A stretch of 59,428 bases of DNA, counting the filler. It is 5 parts of 5 records of this genome, joined end to end, with 100 filler letters (N's around TTAATTAATTAA, not from the genome) between each part and the next. Parts side by side here need not be neighbours in the genome. Positions count along the whole stretch, not along the records: positions 49,259 to 59,428 come from DRR723986_11728; 4 more parts are not named here. One strand, written 5' to 3'. Shown here piece after piece: positions 49,590-57,947 of the stretch (the stretch's first letter is position 1; every line of letters starts with the position of its first letter). The notes beneath the pieces are model-generated. The model had not been told where the DNA came from. It worked only from the letters and a program-made list of their open reading frames with translations, and did not search any database. A program made the translations under genes and the position numbers.

Positions 49590-50825
49590 TTAGAAGAACA
49601 AGATCGCGCCGACTGCGATTGTGTCTGATTCGGCATCGACTGGAGCCGCTAATGTGCGCTGGAACTTCATCTTGTTGGTGATGTACTCACCGGCCAGCGT
49701 GAGGCTAGGTGTTAGGCTGTGATAAACGCCAACAACCATTTGCTGGTTCTCATCCAGAATACCGGCCGCGTTAGCAGCAGGAGTTCCAAAGCTGCCCACT
49801 GTGTCGTTGCTGGTTGCATCCAGTGTTGAAACTCCGTAGTTGATACCAAATTTGGTATTGCCCACTTTGTATGTCGCTTGCAGCAAATAGCCCTGTGAGT
49901 CACGTTCTTGACCCAATGCGTCTGCACCACCCAGGCCAATCACGCCTGTTCCCAGACCTTCACCCGAGAAGTAATTACCTACCAAGCCCAAATTGCCGAA
50001 GTTCAATGCAGTACCTGCTTCAAAACCATTGATGTCGCTTTGGTTTGCGGCTGTGTCACGCGACTGGTTAATTAGCGCTGCCCACAGTTTACCGCTGGTA
50101 CCCAGACTGTAGGTCGCCATGCCTTGGAAACCAGTGTCGCGTGATCCGTTCGCGCCCACTGCGGCTGTACCTTGGATTGGTTGAAATACGCCGCCGCTCA
50201 ATGTCAAATTGCCCATTGCAGGCGCGGTATACGTCATTTGTGGTTGGAACTGGGTGTAAATGTAGCCCTGACCAATGCCGCCCAGCGTAGTGTTGATAGC
50301 ACCATTAAGGCCTGCACCACCGCCCACTGCAAGCAGAGACATGTCATTCAAAATTGCGTTCTGACCGAACAATCCGATATCGCGACCGAACTTGAATGTG
50401 CCTAGTGATTCATTGCCAAAAGTCAGGAATACACGGCGGTTGTCGCCTACTGACTGACCGCGTCCACCAGAGAATGTTCCGTCGTCAACTGAAGTACCTG
50501 GGTCGATTGAAATTGTGCCGCTGATGTCATAGCCCTGTTGCTTGGTTTTTGCGGTGAACACGATAAAACCTGGCAACAAACCATTTTGTACGTTGTTAGT
50601 GTCCTGTCCGGTTCCTGCCAATCCACACACGTTCAGTGCGGTGCCATTGGCCACGACTGCGCCCGCGCCACCTGACCCAATGTTGTCGCAGCTTGTGCTG
50701 GTGTAGTAAGCGTTTACCGAGCCGGAAATGTCCATTTCCCACTCGCCGGCCTTGAAGCCGATCGCGTGTGCCGAGGTCCCCATTGCTGCCAAGATGGAAG
50801 CTGCTACTAATTTTTTGCTGATCAT
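49590..50825 (-). CDS. Outer-membrane porin
   Basis: Signal peptide (AHA), amphipathic beta strands, C-terminal aromatic FF. Confidence 0.85.
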   Translation of the reverse strand: MISKKLVAASILAAMGTSAHAIGFKAGEWEMDISGSVNAYYTSTSCDNIGSGGAGAVVANGTALNVCGLAGTGQDTNNVQNGLLPGFIVFTAKTKQQGYDISGTISIDPGTSVDDGTFSGGRGQSVGDNRRVFLTFGNESLGTFKFGRDIGLFGQNAILNDMSLLAVGGGAGLNGAINTTLGGIGQGYIYTQFQPQMTYTAPAMGNLTLSGGVFQPIQGTAAVGANGSRDTGFQGMATYSLGTSGKLWAALINQSRDTAANQSDINGFEAGTALNFGNLGLVGNYFSGEGLGTGVIGLGGADALGQERDSQGYLLQATYKVGNTKFGINYGVSTLDATSNDTVGSFGTPAANAAGILDENQQMVVGVYHSLTPSLTLAGEYITNKMKFQRTLAAPVDAESDTIAVGAILFF

Positions 50826-50924
50826 AAGATCAACCCTCCAGTTTTAGTTTTTAAAGGTTGTTGCTTGTTTGTCTTCTAAAGCTCGCCAACACACCGCAGA
50901 GTAGCGCTGGCGTGATGGGACTAG

Positions 50925-50940
50925 GGCAAAAGACATGCCA
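50925..50940 (-). promoter_or_regulatory. sigma54 -24/-12 promoter of the porin
   Basis: TGGCATGTCTTTTGCC. Confidence 0.75.
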
Positions 50941-50945
50941 GTATT

Positions 50946-50958
50946 TAAGTTATTGATT
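50946..50958 (-). promoter_or_regulatory. IHF binding site
   Basis: AATCAATAACTTA is an exact WATCAA-N4-TTR match with an AT-rich flank, just upstream of the -24 element. Confidence 0.65.
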
Positions 50959-51108
50959 TTATTGAAATAAATAAAAATGTAGAGCTTTTGATGACAGGAT
51001 GAGGCAGTGCAGTTGCTTTGCGCCAGGCGGTGCGCTTTGAAACAGGATTGTGTGTGGCTGGAGCAGGTGGATGACAGTTTTGTGACAGCTGTTCAGGTGT
51101 TTTGTGCC

Positions 51109-51140
51109 AAAAAAAACCACCCGGTAATCGGGTGGTTTTT
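51109..51140. terminator. Intrinsic terminator downstream of the sigma54 activator
   Basis: AAAAACCACCCG-GTAAT-CGGGTGGTTTTT with an 8-U tail on the minus strand. Confidence 0.85.
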
Positions 51141-51176
51141 AGTTGCAATGTGCAGCTTGGTGCTATGTATTATTGG

Positions 51177-53585
51177 CTACTTCGAATTCAAGCGTCTATA
51201 AATGGTATTCCGGGAAATTCCCAGCATTCTCGCAGCAGCACTCACGTTGCCTCTGCAGGTTTCCAAGGCGTCCTGAATTGCTCGCGATTCCAAATCGTCC
51301 AGGTTAATCGGGTTGTCCACTGGAGCCCTCGCAGTGGCTTGGCGTGAGCCCAGATAACCTTGGGCACGGGCATCATAGGCCCGTGTGTCGTAGCTGTCTT
51401 CCCTGAAGCGTGGCGCCTGTGGCAGCGTCTCCGCCAGTTCTTCACGATTGGCGAGCTTCTGACTGTGCGTCCAGTTGTCAAATCGACCTTCCCTGAATTT
51501 GCTGAAGGTTTGATCCAGGCCGCTGCCCTTGGGTGTTGCCCCTGGCCGATGATGAACCTGCACTTCAAATGCGCTGGCTCGGCTTTTTGGGGGAAAAGCG
51601 GGTGCGTTGTTGCGAGGCGGAGCCGCAATTTTGGTTTGCATTGAGAAATTGCTGCGAACACTGAATTGAGGGCGCGTACTGGCCACTGGTGCGCTAGCAG
51701 GTGCGGTGTGAAGATTTTCTTCGGGTTGAGCCGGCGCCTGATCCGCTTGTCTGGTTTTGTTGTCCAGTCGCAAAGCGTGCCATTCGTCGAGGAAGTCATC
51801 GGGCAGGTGATCCCACTCAATGGTCTCTGCTTCATCCGTCATTACGCTGGCTGTGCGCAAAATATTCGTCAGCTGGCGAATATTGCCTGGCCATGCGTGA
51901 GTCGTGAATGCCTTCATCACCTCAGGTGATACTCGTACGCGTGGATTGTGCGATTCATTCTCCAGAATTCGATGAATGATTTTCTGCAAGTCGGTTCGCT
52001 CACGCAAGGCCGGGATTCGTACCACCAAACCATGCAAACGGTAATACAAGTCTTCGCGGAAGTGTCCCGTTGCAATTTGATCGCGCAGATTGCGGTGTGT
52101 GGCGCAAATGACTTGCAAGTTCACTGGAATGCTTTTTTGGCTACCCAGCGGCGTCACCACTCTTTCCTGCAAAACCCTCAACAATCGGGCTTGCAGCGAA
52201 ATTGGCATGTCTCCGATTTCATCGAGGAACAGGGTTCCGCCATTCGCCTGGAGAATTCGACCTTGTGATCCTTTCTTCTTCGCTCCAGTGAAGGCGCCAT
52301 CCTCGTATCCGAAAAGCTCGGACTCAATCAGGGTTTCCGGTATTGATGCACAATTCACAGCCACAAAGGGCTTGTCCGCGCGTGGTGAATCGTTGTGGAT
52401 GGCCTGTGCCAGAATTTCTTTGCCTGTGCCGGTCTCGCCAAGAATCAGGATGGGAATGTCCTTGTCGATGACTTTTCCCACTTTTTCGATGATTTTTGCC
52501 ACTTGGGGGTCGCCTGTATTCAGATACTTCAGGCTGGAGAGGTGATGGCTTTTTTGACAATGTGCATTTGCTTTCTGGGGGGCTGGTGCATGGTTTTGAA
52601 CCACGGCCGCTTCAGAGTTGTTTTTCACCAAACCCACAGAGTCAAAAATTTTGCCGCGGCCTACACTGCCCAAGCTTGCACGTGCGGTAACCTGGTTGCC
52701 ATTGTGCAAACACAGAATGAGTGGAATGGGGTTGCAGGTTCGGTAGTGGTCAATCAGCGCCGACAAAGGCATGCCGAACAGCGAACTGAATGTATGACTT
52801 TTCAGTGCATTGGCGGACATGCCGAATTGCACCATGGCTGCACGGTTGGCCGCAAGGAATTTGCCCGCAGGCGAGAAGGCTGCGGCACCTTCCACCACAG
52901 ATCCCAGAAACTCTCCGCGCTGGTGAAACTGAACAATAATTGCGTCCTGAAACGAGCTGTTGAACAGATGGTTTTCAATCATCTGCGCCGACATTCGCAC
53001 CAAGCCCATGGTGTGGCGGTGGTAGCTGCGGTAGTCGCCGGTTACATCCAGCACGCCGAAGGCCACACCGTTCGGATCAAAAATTGGCGCCGCCGAACAA
53101 GTCAGGAACCGATTCACATCCAGAAAGTGGTCCTGGCCATGAACCACAGTGGGCAGCTCTTCAATCAGCGCAGTACCAATCGCATTGGTGCCCTTGTGTT
53201 CTTCACTCCAGGTAACTCCAGGAGCAAGGGCGACTTTCTGTGCTTTGACCAAAAAGTCGTCATCGCCGAGCGATTCAATAATGGTTCCGCTGGCATCGGT
53301 CAGCAGCACCATGCTGTGTGTATTGACCACCTGCTCGTACAGGGTTTCCATGAAGGGCAGGGCACACGACTTCAACCGGTTGTTTTTCTCGATTAACTCT
53401 TTCAGCGCGCTGCTGGGCGGCGGGGCCATGTCTACCTTGGAAGTGGTGTCCAAGCCTGCTGCTGTGGAGCGCTGGTGTGCACGTCGGATAAATTCCAGGT
53501 GTCCCTCTGTACCTGGGTCGATCAGTTCAATCACTTGGGCGTTGGATGCGAGGCTGCCGCCATCCCGCTCGGATAAGAATGCCAT
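51177..53585 (-). CDS. sigma54-dependent activator, AcoR type (GAF-PAS-AAA+-Fis HTH)
   Basis: WSE...GTNAIGTAL GAF motif, GETGTGKE, GAFTGA, FLDEIGDM, FREDLYYRL, WPGNIRQL, GNVSAAARMLGISRNTIYR. Confidence 0.93.
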   Translation of the reverse strand: MAFLSERDGGSLASNAQVIELIDPGTEGHLEFIRRAHQRSTAAGLDTTSKVDMAPPPSSALKELIEKNNRLKSCALPFMETLYEQVVNTHSMVLLTDASGTIIESLGDDDFLVKAQKVALAPGVTWSEEHKGTNAIGTALIEELPTVVHGQDHFLDVNRFLTCSAAPIFDPNGVAFGVLDVTGDYRSYHRHTMGLVRMSAQMIENHLFNSSFQDAIIVQFHQRGEFLGSVVEGAAAFSPAGKFLAANRAAMVQFGMSANALKSHTFSSLFGMPLSALIDHYRTCNPIPLILCLHNGNQVTARASLGSVGRGKIFDSVGLVKNNSEAAVVQNHAPAPQKANAHCQKSHHLSSLKYLNTGDPQVAKIIEKVGKVIDKDIPILILGETGTGKEILAQAIHNDSPRADKPFVAVNCASIPETLIESELFGYEDGAFTGAKKKGSQGRILQANGGTLFLDEIGDMPISLQARLLRVLQERVVTPLGSQKSIPVNLQVICATHRNLRDQIATGHFREDLYYRLHGLVVRIPALRERTDLQKIIHRILENESHNPRVRVSPEVMKAFTTHAWPGNIRQLTNILRTASVMTDEAETIEWDHLPDDFLDEWHALRLDNKTRQADQAPAQPEENLHTAPASAPVASTRPQFSVRSNFSMQTKIAAPPRNNAPAFPPKSRASAFEVQVHHRPGATPKGSGLDQTFSKFREGRFDNWTHSQKLANREELAETLPQAPRFREDSYDTRAYDARAQGYLGSRQATARAPVDNPINLDDLESRAIQDALETCRGNVSAAARMLGISRNTIYRRLNSK

Positions 53586-53696
53586 CCATGTCTCCTGCTT
53601 CTAGTGGTGCTGCGTTTTATAGGTATGTTTTTGGGTGCAACTTGAAGCGCTGAATATTTTTGTTTCTATTGGTGATTCAGCTGCCATGTTACTCAA

Positions 53697-53712
53697 TGCA
53701 AGCACTGTGCCA
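53697..53712 (-). promoter_or_regulatory. sigma54 -24/-12 promoter of the activator gene itself
   Basis: TGGCACAGTGCTTGCA, full consensus. Confidence 0.8.
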
Positions 53713-53725
53713 ACTCAATTCAATG

Positions 53726-53742
53726 TGTTTCAGAATGAAACA
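53726..53742. promoter_or_regulatory. Perfect palindromic UAS
   Basis: TGTTTCA-GAA-TGAAACA in the divergent intergenic region. Confidence 0.7.
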
Positions 53743-53840
53743 CCTTTTGATGAAAAGTAGCACAGATTACTCAACGAGGCCATAGAGTTCGCCATATGTC
53801 ACAATTGGTAAAACTAATTCACAAATACGAATGAATAGGG

Positions 53841-53856
53841 TGGCATGGGGATTGCA
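53841..53856 (+). promoter_or_regulatory. sigma54 -24/-12 promoter of the cytochrome c550 unit
   Basis: TGGCATGGGGATTGCA. Confidence 0.8.
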
Positions 53857-53900
53857 ACGACTATCGCGTGTTGATCATTCTTAGAAATACAGGAGTTGTG

Positions 53901-54356
53901 ATGTTAGTTCGTAAAGCCCTAGTGGCAACCATTTTTTCAATTGCTGCCTCGGTGGCGATGGCCCATGGTGACGTAACCCCGCAGGTTGTGGATGTGTCCA
54001 CCCTCAAGCCGCTGGGCGATGACATGCTGGAAACCAATCCCTACACCGGCGACAAGGAAGCAATTCGCGTGGGTAGCTCTGCATACAACCAGAACTGTGC
54101 GCGCTGTCATGGTCTTGAGGCAGTCAGTGGAGGCATTTCTCCCGACCTTCGCAAAATGAACACCGAATGCGATTCCTTCGCGGGCAAAAAAGCCAAAGAA
54201 CAATGCAAGGTGGAAATTGATACTTATTACCGCAACTCGGTGCTGGGTGGCAAGGTGCGTGGTGACAGGGTTTACATGCCAGCTTTCGCCGGCATTTTGA
54301 GCCAAGAGGCCATTTGGGCGATCAAGGCCTACGTCGAAACCCGCAAGTACGAGTAA
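53901..54356 (+). CDS. pedF: Cytochrome c550 (PedF/ExaB-like acceptor of PQQ alcohol dehydrogenase)
   Basis: AHGDVTPQ.VD, G.SAYNQNCARCHGLEA.SGGI.PDLR, YMP.F, QEA.WA; RBS AGGAG. Confidence 0.88.
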   Translation: MLVRKALVATIFSIAASVAMAHGDVTPQVVDVSTLKPLGDDMLETNPYTGDKEAIRVGSSAYNQNCARCHGLEAVSGGISPDLRKMNTECDSFAGKKAKEQCKVEIDTYYRNSVLGGKVRGDRVYMPAFAGILSQEAIWAIKAYVETRKYE

Positions 54357-54470
54357 TCACTGGCGCGGCTCTACAGGGTGGGTCGGCGAACTGAGATGCC
54401 GCCCCCTCTGCCTCATCGAATATCTATTCAGAATAAAAGTGCATCCGAGGCACTACCATCAGGAGACCTT

Positions 54471-55343
54471 ATGAATGCTTTCAATTCGAAGTGCAAATCC
54501 CCGTTGATTAAATGGTTGGGTGCAGTTGCGCTGGGCTTTTCAATTCAGTTCGGCGCGGCTGCCCAAGAACTTAGCGATTGGGCCAAAGTACAGGCCTCAG
54601 GCGTGCTGACTGTCGCCGTTTACAATTATTTGGCACCCTATTCTCACGAAGGCAAGGGGATTGACGTGGATATCGCCAAAGCCCTGGCGGCCAAGTTGGG
54701 CCTGGGTTTGCGGGTGCGTCCATTTACGGAAGATGAAGAGTTTTCGGATGACATCCGAAATATGGTGACCCGTGGCCACTACCTGGCCGGGGCGCCGGCA
54801 GATGTTTTGATGCACGCGCCAGTGGATGCGTACATCATGCAGAAAGAAGATCAGGCGCTGTTCTTCTCTCCCTATACCCGGGACGATATTTTCGTGGCGC
54901 GTAACATCAAGAAGTTGCCCACGCTGGACAGCCTGAAACCTTTTTCAGAGGCCGGTAACAAGATAGGCGCCGAAGCGGCAGCCCTGCCCAGCATTATGTT
55001 GGCAGGGGCGGATGGTGCCGCTTATGCGGACAACCTTGTGAACTTCAAAACCCCGAAGGAGGCCGTGGATGCCATGGTCAATGGCGAACTGGTGGCCGTC
55101 ATGGCGACCAAAGCCGAGCTGGAGTGGGCTTTGCACCAGCATCCAGACAAGAAGGCAGATTATTTCGTATCCAAAGTTCCGCACAATTCTCTGCCACCCA
55201 AGGGTTGGGCTGTGGGCATGGCCACCAAGAAAAGCAACAAGGAATTGGCTGAAAAACTTACTGTGGCCATGAATGAGCTGAAGGAGAGTGGTGAGCTGGA
55301 GAAGATTTTCGCGAACTATGGCGTGAAGTACATGAGGCCATGA
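54471..55343 (+). CDS. Periplasmic binding protein family 3 (PedG/MoxJ-like quinoprotein accessory)
   Basis: Signal peptide, L.VAVY...PYS, GIDVDIAKALA, DD.RN....GHYL, GELEKIF..YGV; follows cytochrome c550. Confidence 0.8.
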   Translation: MNAFNSKCKSPLIKWLGAVALGFSIQFGAAAQELSDWAKVQASGVLTVAVYNYLAPYSHEGKGIDVDIAKALAAKLGLGLRVRPFTEDEEFSDDIRNMVTRGHYLAGAPADVLMHAPVDAYIMQKEDQALFFSPYTRDDIFVARNIKKLPTLDSLKPFSEAGNKIGAEAAALPSIMLAGADGAAYADNLVNFKTPKEAVDAMVNGELVAVMATKAELEWALHQHPDKKADYFVSKVPHNSLPPKGWAVGMATKKSNKELAEKLTVAMNELKESGELEKIFANYGVKYMRP

Positions 55344-55370
55344 CTCAGTGTTGAGGCCTGACAAGCTGTG

Positions 55371-55400
55371 AAGGCCCTGCAATCCTGCGGGGCTTTTTTT
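55371..55400 (+). terminator. Intrinsic terminator
   Basis: GCCCTGCA-ATCC-TGCGGGGC followed by a T run. Confidence 0.75.
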
Positions 55401-55411
55401 CATGGGACAGT

Positions 55412-55449
55412 TGTTCCATTTTGAAACAGCTGTGTTGCATCGGGAAAAC
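55412..55449. promoter_or_regulatory. Putative UAS for the aor operon
   Basis: TGTTCCA-TTT-TGAAACA (55412-55428) plus weaker TGTTGCA-TCG-GGAAAAC. Confidence 0.65.
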
Positions 55450-55508
55450 CCCGACCTCCGAAAGTCGGGAAACTGTTGCCGGGATCGGTCGAAATTCTGT
55501 TTTTAAGT

Positions 55509-55524
55509 TGGCAGGCTTATTGCA
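55509..55524 (+). promoter_or_regulatory. sigma54 -24/-12 promoter of the aor operon
   Basis: TGGCAGGCTTATTGCA. Confidence 0.8.
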
Positions 55525-55582
55525 TAACACGATGAGTATGTAGTGCCTAAAACAAATAACCAAAGAAGCGAGGAACAACGGG

Positions 55583-56056
55583 ATGCAAAAATCTCTTCAC
55601 ATCACGCCTGACAAATGTACAGGCTGCCTTCAGTGTGAAATGGCATGTAGCTATGAAAACTACCAGGTGTTCAACACCTCACTGTCGCGAATCAAGGTAT
55701 TCGATTTCCATCACACCGGCAAAAAAGTGCCCTACACCTGTACACAGTGCGATGAGGCCTGGTGTATGCACGCTTGCCCGGTAGAAGCAATCACCATGGA
55801 CAAAACCAACGGTGTGAAAGTGGTGTCTGAGGACACCTGCGTGGGTTGCAAGGTGTGCACCATTGCGTGTCCGTTTGGTACGGTCAATTACGTTCAGGAA
55901 ACTGGCAAGGTACAAAAGTGCGACCTGTGCGGCGGAGACCCCGCTTGTGCTACTGCCTGCCCAACTGGCGCAATCACTTATGTGGATGCCAACTGGACTG
56001 GTTTGGACAAGATGAAGCAGTGGGCCGAGAAGCTGAGCAACCAGGCTCACGCGTAA
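55583..56056 (+). CDS. aorA: 4x[4Fe-4S] polyferredoxin subunit (AorA-like)
   Basis: Four Cys motifs: CTGCLQCEMAC, CTQC...C...CP, CVGCKVCTIACP, CDLC...C...CP. Confidence 0.88.
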   Translation: MQKSLHITPDKCTGCLQCEMACSYENYQVFNTSLSRIKVFDFHHTGKKVPYTCTQCDEAWCMHACPVEAITMDKTNGVKVVSEDTCVGCKVCTIACPFGTVNYVQETGKVQKCDLCGGDPACATACPTGAITYVDANWTGLDKMKQWAEKLSNQAHA

Positions 56057-56099
56057 CTCGTTGACCATTGAATAGAACAGAGAGAAGGGAGTAATACAA

Positions 56100-57947
56100 A
56101 TGGCATGGACCGGTAAAGTACTGCGCGTGAACCTGACTGCAGGCACCTGCACGACCGAAGACTTGAGAATGGATTGGGCGAAAAGCTACCTTGGCCAGCG
56201 TGGTTTGGCTACCAAGTACTTCGTGGAAGAAGTGAATGCGAAAGTGGATCCACTTTCACCTGAGAACAAGATTATTTATGCAACTGGCCCGCTGACAGGC
56301 ACCATGGCCTCCACTGGCGGCCGCTATTCAGTGATTACCAAAGGCCCATTGACAGGTGCAATCGCCTGCTCGAACTCAGGCGGCTACTTTGGCAATGAAT
56401 TGAAGAGCGCTGGCTGGGATATGGTGATCATGGAAGGCAAGTCACCCAAGCCGGTGTACCTGCTGATCGAAAACGAAAATGCCAAGTTGATGGACGCTTC
56501 AGACCTGTGGGGCAAGAGCGTGTGGGACACCGAGCCTGCCATCAAAACAAAGCACCAAGACCCGCTGATGCGTGTGTGTTCAATCGGCAAGGCTGGTGAA
56601 AACCAGGTGTTGTACGCCGCCATTGTGAACGACTTGCACCGTGCAGCTGGTCGCTCAGGCGTGGGTGCCGTCATGGGTTCCAAAAACGTCAAAGCGATTG
56701 CAGTGCGTGGTACCAAAGGCGTTGGCAACATTTCCAACCCCAAGGAGTTCATGAAGGTCACCTACGAGAAGAAAAAGATTCTCGCCGAGAATGCCGTGAC
56801 TGGTACTGGCCTGCCCACCTATGGCACCCAGGTGTTGATGAACGTGATCAATGAAATGGGTGCCATGCCCACCAACAACCACCGCGATGTTCAGTTCGAT
56901 GGCGCCAAGGATATTTCCGGCGAAAAAATGCATGAACCCCGCAAAACAGACGGCAAGGCCAACCTGGTGACCAACCAGGCCTGTTTTGGTTGCACGATTG
57001 CTTGCGGTCGCATCTCCAAAATTGATGAAACCCACTTCACCGTGGAAAACAAGCCGCAGTACCATGGTGCGTCCGGCGGTCTGGAATACGAAGCTGCATG
57101 GGCCTTGGGATCATCAAACGGTGTAAACGACCTGGAAGCGCTCACTTACGTGAACTTCCTGTGCAACGAACACGGCATTGACCCAATTTCTTTGGGTGCC
57201 ACAGTGTCAGCCGTGATGGAATTGTATGAAATGGGTGTGTTGACCGAAGCGCAACTGGGTTGCAAGGCCCCGTTTGGTTCAGCCGAGGCGCTGGTGAAAT
57301 TGAGTGAAGACACCTGCAACGGCGTTGGTTTCGGCGTGGAAATTGGCCAGGGCTCCAAGCGCCTGACTGCCAAATATGGCCACCCCGAATTGTCGATGAG
57401 CGTAAAGGGTCAGGAATTCCCGGCCTACGACTCTCGCGGTATTCAGGGTATGGGTTTGGCGTATGCCACTTCCAACCGCGGTGCCTGCCACTTGCGTGGT
57501 TACACCGTAGCATCGGAAGTGCTGGGTATTCCGGTTAAAACCGACCCATTGACCACCGACGGCAAGCCCGCTTTGGTCAAGGCGTTTCAGGATGCCACCG
57601 CTGTGTTTGACTCAGCCGGTATTTGCGTGTTCACCAGCTTTGCCTGGACACTGGCTGACGTGCAGCCTCAGGTGGCTGCTGCCTGTGGGGACGAGTTCGA
57701 CATGGCCAATCTTGAAACCATGGGTGAGCGCATCTGGAACATGGAGCGCCAGTTCAACCTGGAAGCCGGTTTCACCAAAGCCGATGACGATCTGCCCGCA
57801 CGTTTGAAGAAAGACGCCGCGAAAGTGGGGCCCGCCAAAGGCTTGGTCAACGGCATCGACAAAATGCTGCCTGAGTACTTCGAGCTGCGTGGCTGGGACA
57901 CCGAGGGTCGCCCAACGGCTGCAACACTGGAGCGCTTGGGGCTATGA
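56100..57947 (+). CDS. aorB: Tungsten-family aldehyde oxidoreductase catalytic subunit (AorB-like)
   Basis: PLTG....SNSGG, AAGRSGVGAVMGSKNVKAI, CFGCTIACGR, EYE, YATSNRGACH, DSAGIC. Confidence 0.93.
   Translation: MAWTGKVLRVNLTAGTCTTEDLRMDWAKSYLGQRGLATKYFVEEVNAKVDPLSPENKIIYATGPLTGTMASTGGRYSVITKGPLTGAIACSNSGGYFGNELKSAGWDMVIMEGKSPKPVYLLIENENAKLMDASDLWGKSVWDTEPAIKTKHQDPLMRVCSIGKAGENQVLYAAIVNDLHRAAGRSGVGAVMGSKNVKAIAVRGTKGVGNISNPKEFMKVTYEKKKILAENAVTGTGLPTYGTQVLMNVINEMGAMPTNNHRDVQFDGAKDISGEKMHEPRKTDGKANLVTNQACFGCTIACGRISKIDETHFTVENKPQYHGASGGLEYEAAWALGSSNGVNDLEALTYVNFLCNEHGIDPISLGATVSAVMELYEMGVLTEAQLGCKAPFGSAEALVKLSEDTCNGVGFGVEIGQGSKRLTAKYGHPELSMSVKGQEFPAYDSRGIQGMGLAYATSNRGACHLRGYTVASEVLGIPVKTDPLTTDGKPALVKAFQDATAVFDSAGICVFTSFAWTLADVQPQVAAACGDEFDMANLETMGERIWNMERQFNLEAGFTKADDDLPARLKKDAAKVGPAKGLVNGIDKMLPEYFELRGWDTEGRPTAATLERLGL

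Noticed and set aside
55449-55470. Inverted repeat CCCGAC-N-GTCGGG between the UAS and the aor promoter
   Set aside because: Single short occurrence with no second copy, so no function can be supported
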